Program-made: the position numbers and the translations under genes
Notes under the pieces: model-generated
What the model was told of the DNA's origin: nothing
Seen by the model: only the letters and a program-made list of their open reading frames with translations
The model's database searches: none
Part shown: positions 10,318 to 19,895 of the stretch, piece by piece
How the letters are laid out: the number at the start of each line of letters is the position of its first letter
How positions within the stretch are numbered: the first letter of the stretch is position 1
NCBI RefSeq assembly: GCF_000169175.1
Contig: NZ_AAWS01000006.1
Location: 7,192 to 71,191, forward strand
DNA: 64,000 nt
Origin: Microscilla marina ATCC 23134
Lineage (GTDB): Bacteria; Bacteroidota; Bacteroidia; Cytophagales; Microscillaceae
Direction of reading: 5' to 3'

Positions 10318-10757
10318 ATTTAGTCGATAGTTAGGAGTCCGTAGTCGGGAGCTTCTACAAGCTGTTAGTCGTTAGCCATTGGCTCGCGAAGCGATTTTTT
10401 TGTCATTCCGAAGAACTGAGGAATCAGCTTGGTTTTCAAGCAGCTAATCTACTTTGTAAAACACTGATTTTTAAGTGTTTATAAATTATTAAATGGAATT
10501 ACTATGCTGTTTGCTTAAGTCCTAGTTAGCTAAAAGGTTGTAGGTACGACTTTATCCACAGTCGACGGTTGACAGTGCTGATGCGTATCTTAAAATATTC
10601 ACCAAGACAACAAGATTGGTCAATAGTACCTTGTAGCTACCTCAAACAATCATATTTGCAAGTATGACAATCATTAATATTTGATTGTACGCCAATGCTA
10701 GATATTGCTGCACACGAAACAGCCATCAACCATCGACTGAATGCTATCACCTACCAC

Positions 10758-11759
10758 CTATTCCAACCTACTTTTGGGCAAATCGACTTGTTTGAGCAAC
10801 TCGGTAGTTGCCTGGTCAGCCGCAATGCCTTGAGCCTCTGCCTTAAAGTTCATCAATACACGGTGACGCAACACAGGGTACGCCATTGCTTTTATATCGT
10901 TGAGTGTTACTGCAAATCTGCCCTGTAGCAAGGCGCGGGCTTTGGCAGTCAAAATCATTGCTTGCCCGGCGCGAGGCCCTGCTCCCCAACGCACCCAATC
11001 TTTGACAAAAGCCACCGAAGTGGTATCGGGGCGGGTGGCACGCACTACCTTATTTACAAAGGCTACCAGGTCTTGGGCAATGCTTACCTCGCGTACCAAC
11101 TCTTGCACTTGTTTTATTTCTTTGCCCGACATCACAGGCTCAATTCGCACTTTTTGGGTGCCTGTAGTACCTGTCAATATCCCCAGTTCGTCTTGTTCGG
11201 TGGGGTAACCAATCTGAATAAACAATAAAAAACGGTCGAGTTGGGCTTCGGGCAAAGCGAAGGTGCCCGCTTGCTCGATAGGGTTTTGGGTGGCAAGAAT
11301 GAAAAAGGGGCGGTCGAGTTCGTAGGTTTTGCCTCCATAAGTTACCTCAAACTCTTGCATGGCTTCCAGCAGTGCCGACTGGGTTTTGGGTGGGGTTCGG
11401 TTGATCTCATCGGCAAGAATGATGTTGGCGAAAATGGGTCCTTTGTTAAACTTAAATACCCGTTCGCCTGTGGCTTGGTCTTCTTGCAATATTTCGGTAC
11501 CTGTAATGTCGGTGGGCATCAAATCGGGCGTAAACTGGATACGCCTAAAGGGTAGCTCTATGGCTTGCGATAGGGTGCGAATCATCAAGGTTTTGGCGAG
11601 TCCTGGTACCCCTTCGAGCAAGGCGTGCCCGCCTGCCATAAAGGTAATGAGCAATTGCTCGATGGTATCTTCCTGCCCTACTATTTTTTTATGAATTTCT
11701 TTCTTCAGCAAAGCAAGTTTGTCAATCAACTGCCCTACTTCGGCTTCGGTTGTTTTCAT
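10758..11759 (-). CDS. MoxR-family AAA+ ATPase.
   Basis: Walker A GHALLEGVPGLAKT, Walker B ILADEINR, sensor ATQNPIE. It is 333 aa, typical of MoxR. Confidence 0.9.
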   Translation of the reverse strand: MKTTEAEVGQLIDKLALLKKEIHKKIVGQEDTIEQLLITFMAGGHALLEGVPGLAKTLMIRTLSQAIELPFRRIQFTPDLMPTDITGTEILQEDQATGERVFKFNKGPIFANIILADEINRTPPKTQSALLEAMQEFEVTYGGKTYELDRPFFILATQNPIEQAGTFALPEAQLDRFLLFIQIGYPTEQDELGILTGTTGTQKVRIEPVMSGKEIKQVQELVREVSIAQDLVAFVNKVVRATRPDTTSVAFVKDWVRWGAGPRAGQAMILTAKARALLQGRFAVTLNDIKAMAYPVLRHRVLMNFKAEAQGIAADQATTELLKQVDLPKSRLE

Positions 11760-11856
11760 GGGTTATATGAGCTTCAAGGTGCAAGCTACAAGTAGCAAGC
11801 GTTTTTATATGGTTACAATTTCTTGTTTTTTTGGGTATTGGGTTTGGCGAAAACTG

Positions 11857-12672
11857 CTATTTTCCCAATGCTTTTTTATATTTTTTTTCGTCTTCGAGGA
11901 TAGCTACTATTACTTGGCAAAACACATCAAACTCTCCTTTATCATTTTTTTCACCAAACCCTTTAATAAGCAGTTCAAGTTCCTGAATAGAAAAACCTTC
12001 TGCATCAATATCTATCAGCCTATCTTCAATTGCTTCTCTTCTAAGTTTTTTTAACTTCTCAACATCCAAACCTAATATTTCTATTGTATCTGTCACATTC
12101 TTGTTGTTAGCATCCTTTGCCTTAATTGCTCCACCATAATCGTATACAAAGTAACTTTCACAATTAGTCATCTTAGGATGAATCGCTATTTCTTTATTAC
12201 TTTTTTTTGCATCACAATGTAGTTTTTTCGGAGAGCTAACCACCTGAACAATAACACTATCTCCTTTTTGTAACAAATCTGTATATGGGTTAATTTTCTT
12301 ATGTGGTTTTTCTGCAAAGTTCATTGCATACAAGACTTCCTTATTTGTATGATACTTTTGCATAATAACCTCCCATGTATCATCTGCTTCACATACATGT
12401 GTAATATTTTTTTGATCACCATTACAAGAAGCAAATAGGTTACTATACTCGTACATTTTTTCAGGATATTTATCTTTATCCTTAGGCAACAAATGTTCAA
12501 TTGGGGTGTAATGATTATCAAATATTCTCATGCCACAATAACAACAGATATACCCCTGTTCTTCCAACAAATATTTCTTCAAAAACCCAGGAGGTTGCCA
12601 AGCTGTTGGGTTATTTTTCTTTTTCCAATCTTCAAACTTTTGAGGTGATGCTTGCTTATTGATGTACTTCAT
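11857..12672 (-). CDS. HNH endonuclease, PtuB-like (TIGR02646-type), putative Septu component B.
   Basis: YICCYCGMRIFDNHYTPIEHLLPKDK...SNLFASCNG...HVC gives a CxxC-H-N-H(C) HNH arrangement. Its start overlaps the ATPase stop by 4 bp (ATGA). Codon usage is AT-rich. Confidence 0.6.
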   Translation of the reverse strand: MKYINKQASPQKFEDWKKKNNPTAWQPPGFLKKYLLEEQGYICCYCGMRIFDNHYTPIEHLLPKDKDKYPEKMYEYSNLFASCNGDQKNITHVCEADDTWEVIMQKYHTNKEVLYAMNFAEKPHKKINPYTDLLQKGDSVIVQVVSSPKKLHCDAKKSNKEIAIHPKMTNCESYFVYDYGGAIKAKDANNKNVTDTIEILGLDVEKLKKLRREAIEDRLIDIDAEGFSIQELELLIKGFGEKNDKGEFDVFCQVIVAILEDEKKYKKALGK

Positions 12673-14033
12673 CTACCTAAGACCTCCTTTCGTTTAATGA
12701 CAGCTAACTTTGCATTTAACTCTCGGTCATGAGTAAGGTTAAAATCTTGAAATAATTGTTCAATATAATCTCGTGCCTTGCTTAAATTTTCTTTACCACC
12801 TTCTTCTATTAATTTTTGTACTTTGGTTAATTTAGGTTCAAATTCACGAGGTCGAGCAGATACCCCCATTACTTCTTCTAAAATCCAGTTGACATCTCTG
12901 CCTAGAGTAGAATCGGGCTGTTCACAAGTGATTTGATTGTTTTCGTTGCGAAATAAAAATATATTTCGAGCATCCACATTATTCAATACATGCGGCGAGT
13001 GCGTAGTCACGATAAATTGAATGTTAGGGAAAGTTTGCTGTAGGGCAGGCAATACATTGCGTTGCCAAGCAGGATGCAAGTGTAGTTCTATTTCGTCTAT
13101 CATTACCACACCTTCGCCCTCTAGTTTATTCTCTAAAGCAGGGTTAGCAATGGTGAGGCGGCGGGCAATGTCGCACACGAGCATAATGAGGGTTTTCTCT
13201 CCGTCGGATAGTTGGTTGATATCAAAGTCTTGCCCGTTTTTGTTAATGGCGAGGCTATAATCGCTTGCCTTAAACTCAAAAACAGGTGAGTCATTCACTT
13301 TCACAGATAAATTGGTATACTTGTCTGAACCTAAGGCAGAAAAAAAAACATCTAATGCTTTTCTTACTACTTCGAGGCGAAAGTCTCTATAACTAAAATC
13401 ACTCTTATTTCTTATCTGTCGTACTTCCTCATCCTCAATTTGTTTGAACCATTCTGAAAAGTCTTCGGCATGAGAAATTTTAGAACTAAAAGCATTTTGA
13501 TATGTAGCAAGTTGGGGAAGAATTTTCTTGATTGGATTGTTATCATTTACCTCTCCCTCTTCAATTTCATGTTTTTGATTGGTTCTTCGTAAAAAGTGAT
13601 GTTTTTCTGTTTGATAATACGCAACTATAGGCAAGGAACCATTGGCGTTTACAATGGATGTTTTTTTAAGGTTAAAACTCCCAATGCTTATCTCTTGATT
13701 TGTAAATTTACTTATTCTAATTCCATTAGCTTGTTGCCCTGTCAGCTTGACTTGTAATGCCTCATCACTATTTATTCGAATATCTTGATTTATTAAGTTA
13801 AAGCCTTTCAATAAAAACCGATCAAAAAAGTATTGATCTGATTCATTCCATTTCGCAAGCCTCAAAAACCACAAGGACGCCATCCCCAAAGCATCCAACA
13901 CTGACGACTTACCCGAACCATTGGTACCAATAAATACCGCTAAGTTGTTGTCAGGAAACTGGATTTTGAGGTGTTTAAAACCACGGAAATTATTTAACTC
14001 TAACTCTTTGATTTTCATATCTTCTCTATCCAA
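12669..14033 (-). CDS. AAA_15/AAA_21-type ATPase, PtuA-like, putative Septu component A.
   Basis: Walker A FIGTNGSGKSS, Walker B VVMIDEIELHLHP, and TTHSP near the C-terminus: the OLD/RecF-like ABC ATPase signature. An alternative start at M6 (MKIKELEL) is possible. Confidence 0.65.
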   Translation of the reverse strand: MDREDMKIKELELNNFRGFKHLKIQFPDNNLAVFIGTNGSGKSSVLDALGMASLWFLRLAKWNESDQYFFDRFLLKGFNLINQDIRINSDEALQVKLTGQQANGIRISKFTNQEISIGSFNLKKTSIVNANGSLPIVAYYQTEKHHFLRRTNQKHEIEEGEVNDNNPIKKILPQLATYQNAFSSKISHAEDFSEWFKQIEDEEVRQIRNKSDFSYRDFRLEVVRKALDVFFSALGSDKYTNLSVKVNDSPVFEFKASDYSLAINKNGQDFDINQLSDGEKTLIMLVCDIARRLTIANPALENKLEGEGVVMIDEIELHLHPAWQRNVLPALQQTFPNIQFIVTTHSPHVLNNVDARNIFLFRNENNQITCEQPDSTLGRDVNWILEEVMGVSARPREFEPKLTKVQKLIEEGGKENLSKARDYIEQLFQDFNLTHDRELNAKLAVIKRKEVLGR

Positions 14034-14073
14034 TATTTTTCACTCAAATGTACAGCTTTTTGGGTAAAACAGT

Positions 14074-14700
14074 TTAAGCCGTCATCGCATACATCACTAT
14101 GTTCACCGCAAACTTGGTATTGTCTTGAGCCATCCAACGTTTGTTGCGGTGGTCGTAGTCCCATTCGCAACCATAGTCTTTGTTGCTGTAAAGCACCCCA
14201 ATGCGTCCTTTTATTTCTATGGCTTTGAGGTATTCGTGCACCAAGTCATCGCCCCAACCGTTGAGCTCTTGTGAGGTAGCAGGAGGTCCTTCGTCAAACT
14301 TGAAAAAAATGTCGTATAGTTCGTGGTTGTTGGGGATTTTCTTGAGGGCGTTTGCCCCAAAAATATCCGCCATCTGACGCTCAAACGATTTGGCAAACAA
14401 GCCATCTATATCGTGGTTGCAATCGTCTACAAACACAAACCCACCGTTGCGTACATATTTCTCAAAATTGCTCCGTTCTTTGGTGTTAAACTGTACCAAC
14501 TTATGCCCACTGAGGTAACAAAAGGGTTGACTAAAAATTTTATCGCTTGCCAATGGCACCACTTGTTCTTTGATGTCTACCGGAATGGTGGTATACTCTA
14601 TCAGCGAGTTCATCATATTTGAAGGCATGCGCTGGTCGGTGTTCCAGTCGCCAGAGTTGTACTGCAGGCGGGTAAAAGTAAATTTGTTACGGTTGATCAT
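14074..14700 (-). CDS. DUF4159-like protein. The probable start is the internal ATG at 14698-14700 (MINRNKFTFTRLQYNSGDWN...).
   Basis: An N-terminal RLQYNSGDWN motif and a ThuA-like fold are remembered for DUF4159. The upstream extension in the ORF track is encoded by intergenic repeat sequence. Confidence 0.5.
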   Translation of the reverse strand: MINRNKFTFTRLQYNSGDWNTDQRMPSNMMNSLIEYTTIPVDIKEQVVPLASDKIFSQPFCYLSGHKLVQFNTKERSNFEKYVRNGGFVFVDDCNHDIDGLFAKSFERQMADIFGANALKKIPNNHELYDIFFKFDEGPPATSQELNGWGDDLVHEYLKAIEIKGRIGVLYSNKDYGCEWDYDHRNKRWMAQDNTKFAVNIVMYAMTA

Positions 14701-14893
14701 AATATTAGCGATAAGGTACAAGCAACAAGCTTCAAGTATCAATAGTAGCAAGCCATTAGCTGCAAGCAACAAGTAGTTGTAATCCCCTAACAGATTATCT
14801 AATACCTAAACTTGTCAAGCTTTAGCTAATTCAATAAAAAAGCGACAAACCAAAAGCATTACTTGTTGCTTGTCGCTCAAAGCTCGTTGCTAC

Positions 14894-16210
14894 TTATATA
14901 GCATCCGACAAACTGGTAAAGGTAAAGTCTCGTATCTTCATGGCAGGTACAAGGTTACCGTTGACTCTTTGTTGTTGCCCTAGTTCTTCGAGGTTGTTGA
15001 GCATAATGACCGGGCTCTCGTTGAAACGGAAGTTTTTTACGGGGAATTTGATTTTTCCATTCTCGATATAGAAAGTGCCATCACGGGTAAGCCCAGTATA
15101 CAATAAGGTTTGTGGGTCTACCGAACGGATATACCATAAGCGAGTGACCAACACCCCTTTCTTGGTACTCTTGATCATGTCCTGAATACTGGCACTGCCC
15201 CCTAGCATAATGCCGTTAGAAGGTGCTGGCGTATAAATTTTGCCTTTCTTTTTTGCCCAGTAACGTGAATAAAACATGTTTTTTACCACGCCTTTTTCTA
15301 TCCAGCTCATTTTCTGAATAGGTTGTCCGTTGCCATCCCATGATGCTGACGGCACTTCTTTGTTCCAAGGGTCAGAATAAATGGTAATGCGTTCGTCTAC
15401 CAGTTTTTCGCCTAGTTTGTTTCCTCCCCCTTTTTTTGCCAAAAAACTACGCCCTTCGTCTGCCTGGCGTGCTCCCATGTTACTTATCATATTACCAATG
15501 AGTGCCTCGGCAGCTACTGGTTCCAAAATCACGGTATATTTACCCGGCTCAATCGCCTTGGGCTTGCGTGATAACAATGCTTTGTCGAGTGAAATTTGCG
15601 AGGCAGTGGCAGAATTAAACTTCTTTACATCATTATAGTCACGGGTAACCCAACCCGACCCAGTGCCGTCGTTGGTACGCATGGTCACCGAAAAACTTAG
15701 GTTGGTACTTTGATTAAAAGCAAACAACCCTTTAGAGTTCATCATGGCGTTGAACCCAGCACTGTCGTTTAAAAATCCGGCAGCGGTTACGTCCTTTTTA
15801 GCGGCTGGTCCTATGCTATCTGCCGCTACCTTTGCCCGGTATTCTGGGGTAATGTCGGCAGTAGATTTAACAAATGTAGGCGTGTCTTTGTATTGTTGAG
15901 GACCCAAAGGAGGCATGTACTCTGGGTTTTCGGGCGAAAGCCGGGCAAGTTCTTCTGAGCGACGGATCACTTTTTCAAGCGATTGATCGTCAAACTCGGT
16001 AATAGTGGTGGTTCCGGTTTTTTTACCAAAACTAGATTGTACTCCCAGGGTCATGGTAGAACGCACCCCACTGGTAGTAATGGTATTACGGGCATAACGA
16101 ACGTTGCCACTGTCGCTCCCGTTGAGGGTAACAATGCAGTCGTCAGCTTTGGAAAAGCTGAGTGCTTTCGCCAAAATCTTTTTAGCTTCTTCTTTACTTA
16201 ATATAGACAT
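14894..16210 (-). CDS. TldD/PmbA family metallopeptidase (U62).
   Basis: 438 aa with a conserved C-terminal TldD/PmbA region (…GVLVTRLWYIRSVDPQT…NGKIKFPVKNFRFNESP). Confidence 0.8.
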   Translation of the reverse strand: MSILSKEEAKKILAKALSFSKADDCIVTLNGSDSGNVRYARNTITTSGVRSTMTLGVQSSFGKKTGTTTITEFDDQSLEKVIRRSEELARLSPENPEYMPPLGPQQYKDTPTFVKSTADITPEYRAKVAADSIGPAAKKDVTAAGFLNDSAGFNAMMNSKGLFAFNQSTNLSFSVTMRTNDGTGSGWVTRDYNDVKKFNSATASQISLDKALLSRKPKAIEPGKYTVILEPVAAEALIGNMISNMGARQADEGRSFLAKKGGGNKLGEKLVDERITIYSDPWNKEVPSASWDGNGQPIQKMSWIEKGVVKNMFYSRYWAKKKGKIYTPAPSNGIMLGGSASIQDMIKSTKKGVLVTRLWYIRSVDPQTLLYTGLTRDGTFYIENGKIKFPVKNFRFNESPVIMLNNLEELGQQQRVNGNLVPAMKIRDFTFTSLSDAI

Positions 16211-16423
16211 TGTATGAATTTCTTTTTTAATTGATAAACCTGATAGTCCAGAGTTGGTAGTTAGTAGTTAGTAGCCCAATATTGCTTTCCTAAGCCTTGA
16301 TTGACTGAAAGTTGTGGTTGTACGTTTGTCCACAGACCACAGTCGACAGTGCTGATGCATACCATAAGCTTGTTGCTTATCACTTTAGAAACTACGGACT
16401 CCCAACTATAAACTACCGACTCA

Positions 16424-18070
16424 TTATATCTTCCTGGCTGTATTTATCACATTTACGTTATCAAATCGGGTGGTAGAACTACCGTGCGACACTGCACTTA
16501 CCTGTGAAGGTTGCCCCTTGCCATCGAAGAATGACCCAAAAACACGATAATCACTGTCGTCGCATATTTTGGTACAAGAGTTCCAAAACTCCTGCGTGTT
16601 TGACTGATAAGCCACATCACGCACTGGCCCAGTAATTTTCCCATCTTTGATTTCAAAGAAAAGCGTTCCGCCGAATTGGAAGTTGTAGCGTTGCTGATCT
16701 ATAGAGTAAGACCCACGCCCTACAATGTAAATCCCCTTTTCTACATCTTTGATCATATCGTTTACCGAGTACTTTTCTTTGCCCGGCTCAAGCGATACAT
16801 TGGGCATACGCTGAAACTGTACATCGTTCCAGCTTTGTGAGTAACAACAGCCATGCGACTCGTTTTGGTCGAGCATGTGCACCTGGTCGCGAGTTGCCTG
16901 GTAGTTTACCAATACCCCATCTTTTACCAAATGCCATTTTTTGGTTTTTACCCCTTCGTCATCGTAGCCTACAGCTCCTAAAGAACCCGGCAGGGTTTTG
17001 TCAGCCACCAGGTTTACCAGCTTGCTTCCATAGTTAAATTTCTTGGTTTTCCATTTGTCGAGCGTGGCAAAACTGGTACCAGCATAGTTGGCCTCATAGC
17101 CCAATACCCGATCGAGTTCTAGGGGGTGCCCTACCGACTCATGAATGGTAAGCCCCAGGTGGTTGGGCTCCAGCACCAACGAATATTTCCCAGGCTTGTT
17201 CGACTTGGCGCTCAGCATTGCTTTGGCTTGTTTGGCGGCGTCTATACAGTCTTGTACCAAATCGTAAGAGTCGCGGTACAATGTCACTCCAGTGCCTTTG
17301 GGTCCAGCAATTTTATCTTTGGCTTTGGGCTCCATATACTCATAGCCCATACCCATAGGGGCACCTAAACCACGGCGGCTCTGAAACTTGCCTTTTTTAC
17401 GGTCTACTATGCTAATATTGGGTGTAGACCATATACGGTGTACATCCTGATCTATGTAAGAGCCTTCGGTAGAGGCAAAGTATTTTTGTTCGTTTACCAA
17501 AAATAAGTAGTTGGCGGCATAAGTAGCGCCATTCTTCAAAGCTTCTGAGTTTGCTTTTAGCAATAAATCTACTTTGTCGGAAATAGGAACTTTAAATGCG
17601 TTCTTTTTGATAGGTGTTTTCCAACTTACATCACCATGTCCTTTGACTGGAGCCAGTTTTACCGGCTCTTTCTGAAATTTTGAATTGGCTTTGGCTATAG
17701 CTACTGCTTGTTCAGCAGCTTTGGCTATGCCTTCTTTGGTAACATCATTGGTAGAGGCAAAACCCCAGGTACCATTGGCTATTACTCTGATACCCACCCC
17801 AAACGATTCTGTATTTACCAGGTTTTGTACTTTGTTTTCACGGGTAATTACATATTGGTTCAAATAGCGCCCTATGCGCACATCGGCATAAGTAGCTCCC
17901 CTAGATTTAGCAGCGTTGAGTCCTATATTAGAAAGAGTTTTCTTTTTGGCCACGGTCATCAACGGGTCCAGCATGTGTTCTATTGACACATCTTTGCCGA
18001 AAATAGGTATAGGAAGCATCATCGCTCCGGCACCTAAACCAGCCAATTGTAAAAAGTTACGTCTATCCAT
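16424..18070 (-). CDS. TldD/PmbA family metallopeptidase with a twin-arginine signal peptide.
   Basis: N-terminus MDRRNFLQLAGLGAGAMML (Tat motif). It has an HExxxH-like HESVGHPLELD segment typical of TldD. 548 aa. Confidence 0.8.
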   Translation of the reverse strand: MDRRNFLQLAGLGAGAMMLPIPIFGKDVSIEHMLDPLMTVAKKKTLSNIGLNAAKSRGATYADVRIGRYLNQYVITRENKVQNLVNTESFGVGIRVIANGTWGFASTNDVTKEGIAKAAEQAVAIAKANSKFQKEPVKLAPVKGHGDVSWKTPIKKNAFKVPISDKVDLLLKANSEALKNGATYAANYLFLVNEQKYFASTEGSYIDQDVHRIWSTPNISIVDRKKGKFQSRRGLGAPMGMGYEYMEPKAKDKIAGPKGTGVTLYRDSYDLVQDCIDAAKQAKAMLSAKSNKPGKYSLVLEPNHLGLTIHESVGHPLELDRVLGYEANYAGTSFATLDKWKTKKFNYGSKLVNLVADKTLPGSLGAVGYDDEGVKTKKWHLVKDGVLVNYQATRDQVHMLDQNESHGCCYSQSWNDVQFQRMPNVSLEPGKEKYSVNDMIKDVEKGIYIVGRGSYSIDQQRYNFQFGGTLFFEIKDGKITGPVRDVAYQSNTQEFWNSCTKICDDSDYRVFGSFFDGKGQPSQVSAVSHGSSTTRFDNVNVINTARKI

Positions 18071-18453
18071 ATTTTAAAAAATTAATAAGGTTGGATGATT
18101 ATATGTCAGTAATTATAAATTGATATAAAACCCTGATAAACAGGTATATTTTTCACGGCTCAATCAAATGAGTCGCAAACTTTACGTGTTTCTTAAGGTT
18201 TTTGTATATTTTTTTAACAATAGTTTGGTAAAACAGGGCTATTAGCCAAACTAAAGTTGCTATAACCTCGTTTAATAGCAGTTTGTTTTAGATAGGGTGA
18301 AGTTAATAGAAACTTGAGGAAATAGGTAGATTTTCGTTTTTTTTAACAAAAAGAGGGTTAACTTGACATATATAAAGAATATTGGCGGGGTAGCAAAACA
18401 AAGTTTGGGTAGTAAGCCACAAAATATCAGTCAGAAATACCAGCAAATAAGCA

Positions 18454-19482
18454 TTATCCGTTGAGCATGGTATTTTGATCGTTGTCAAACCAATCTTTAA
18501 TGGCTTTGATCCCATTGAGTGCCACTTGCAACGGTGGCATTTGTAATAACAATCCTTTTACGTTGAGTTTTTCGAGGTGGGGCAAGTGGGTGATGCTATG
18601 GGGCAAGTGGGTAATTTTAGTGTTTTCCAGGTTGAGTTTTTTCAAACTTTTAAGTCGGCTTATTTCAGGCAATAAAGTAGTAATATTGGTTTGACTAATG
18701 TCGAGATCTTCCAGACAGGACAGTTCAAACAATGCTTTGGGCAACAAACTCACTGGCAGGCTTTTTAGGCTGAGTTTACGCAATTGGGTAAGCTTGCCTA
18801 CGTTTTCGCCCAGTTGACTAATGTTGTTGTGGTTGAGACACAAGGCTTTTAAATTATATAATGTGTATATTTCTACAGGTACCTTGTCTAATCCCATCCC
18901 TGACAAGTCAAGTTCGTGGGTCTCACGTGCTTCAGAAATCCTCAGTCGACAATCAATCAATTTTTGAGACTGGTCGTTCAGGTGGTTTTCATCGGCAAAG
19001 ATATGTTCCAGGTGTTGCAACTGTAATAAGGTAAAAGGCAGGTCGGTAATTTGATTGGCGGTAATATTTAATAGTTCAAGTTGAGTAAGTTGTCCAATAG
19101 CCGCTGGAATACCCAACAGTTGATTGTGTTCAATAGAAAGCGATTTGAGGGCACACAAACAAGTAATTACTTCCGGAAACTTTTGTAATTGATTAGAGGT
19201 AAGGTTTAAACGCTCAAGGTTTTGGAGTTGGGCAAGTTCTTTAGGCAAATCTTTGAGTTGGTTTACCACCAAATTGAGTTCCCGCAAATTACTTAACCGG
19301 GCAATGTGTGCCGGAATAACCGATATACGATTGAAATGTAAACGAAGAATTTCTAACTGCGGCAACTCAAATACTTGAGCAGGAATGGCGTTGAGTGCCA
19401 AGCCTCCCAAATCTAATTCATTTAAATTTTTATCCTTTACTTCTTGTATTCTTTGGTATGCCTTTTTTTCGAGACTGTTCAT
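18454..19482 (-). CDS. Leucine-rich repeat (LRR) protein. The probable start is MNSLEKKAYQRIQ at 19480-19482.
   Basis: It has more than ten LxxLxLxxNxL 22-24-residue repeats. It shares an N-terminal motif with the other LRR paralogs in the window. Confidence 0.7.
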   Translation of the reverse strand: MNSLEKKAYQRIQEVKDKNLNELDLGGLALNAIPAQVFELPQLEILRLHFNRISVIPAHIARLSNLRELNLVVNQLKDLPKELAQLQNLERLNLTSNQLQKFPEVITCLCALKSLSIEHNQLLGIPAAIGQLTQLELLNITANQITDLPFTLLQLQHLEHIFADENHLNDQSQKLIDCRLRISEARETHELDLSGMGLDKVPVEIYTLYNLKALCLNHNNISQLGENVGKLTQLRKLSLKSLPVSLLPKALFELSCLEDLDISQTNITTLLPEISRLKSLKKLNLENTKITHLPHSITHLPHLEKLNVKGLLLQMPPLQVALNGIKAIKDWFDNDQNTMLNG

Positions 19483-19895
19483 CTGGATTTGCCTTTTTAC
19501 TCTTTTCCAATATATAAAATACTGATGAAAAATGCTAACAATAGTCCACAGCATTCAGTCGATAGTCGATGGCTTTTTCGTAAATACTCACATCTAACAA
19601 TATACTGATAACCAATGGTTTAAAAGTTATTCTACCGTATTGATATTTTTTTGGCTGTTTGCTCAAAAGTCCCAAATACAGTTTTTATTGAGTAAATAAC
19701 TCAGAATAATTGAAAGGGTTAACCTCCCCAATATAAAAAACGCTGAACCATTGATACTAAGGAATGTGACCGCCCCGTAAACGGGATTTCGGGCGTAGCC
19801 CTCAACAATAACAGCCCGATTTAGAACAGAGCCACAAGTTTTATAATCGATTATTTTATTCTTGTCGCTTGTGGCTCATGAGTCATAGCTTTAGG

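Noticed and set aside
11857-14033. Retron-associated Septu (PtuAB with a reverse transcriptase and ncRNA)
   Set aside because: There is no reverse-transcriptase ORF and no room for an msr/msd ncRNA. The flanks are 97 bp and 40 bp to the neighbouring genes.
18071-18453. tRNA or other structured RNA genes in the larger intergenic regions (18071-18453, 21114-21606, 55325-55876, 59958-60270)
   Set aside because: I saw no cloverleaf-compatible sequences with conserved GTTC / T-loop or anticodon-arm features by eye. A tRNAscan/Infernal run would be needed to be definitive.
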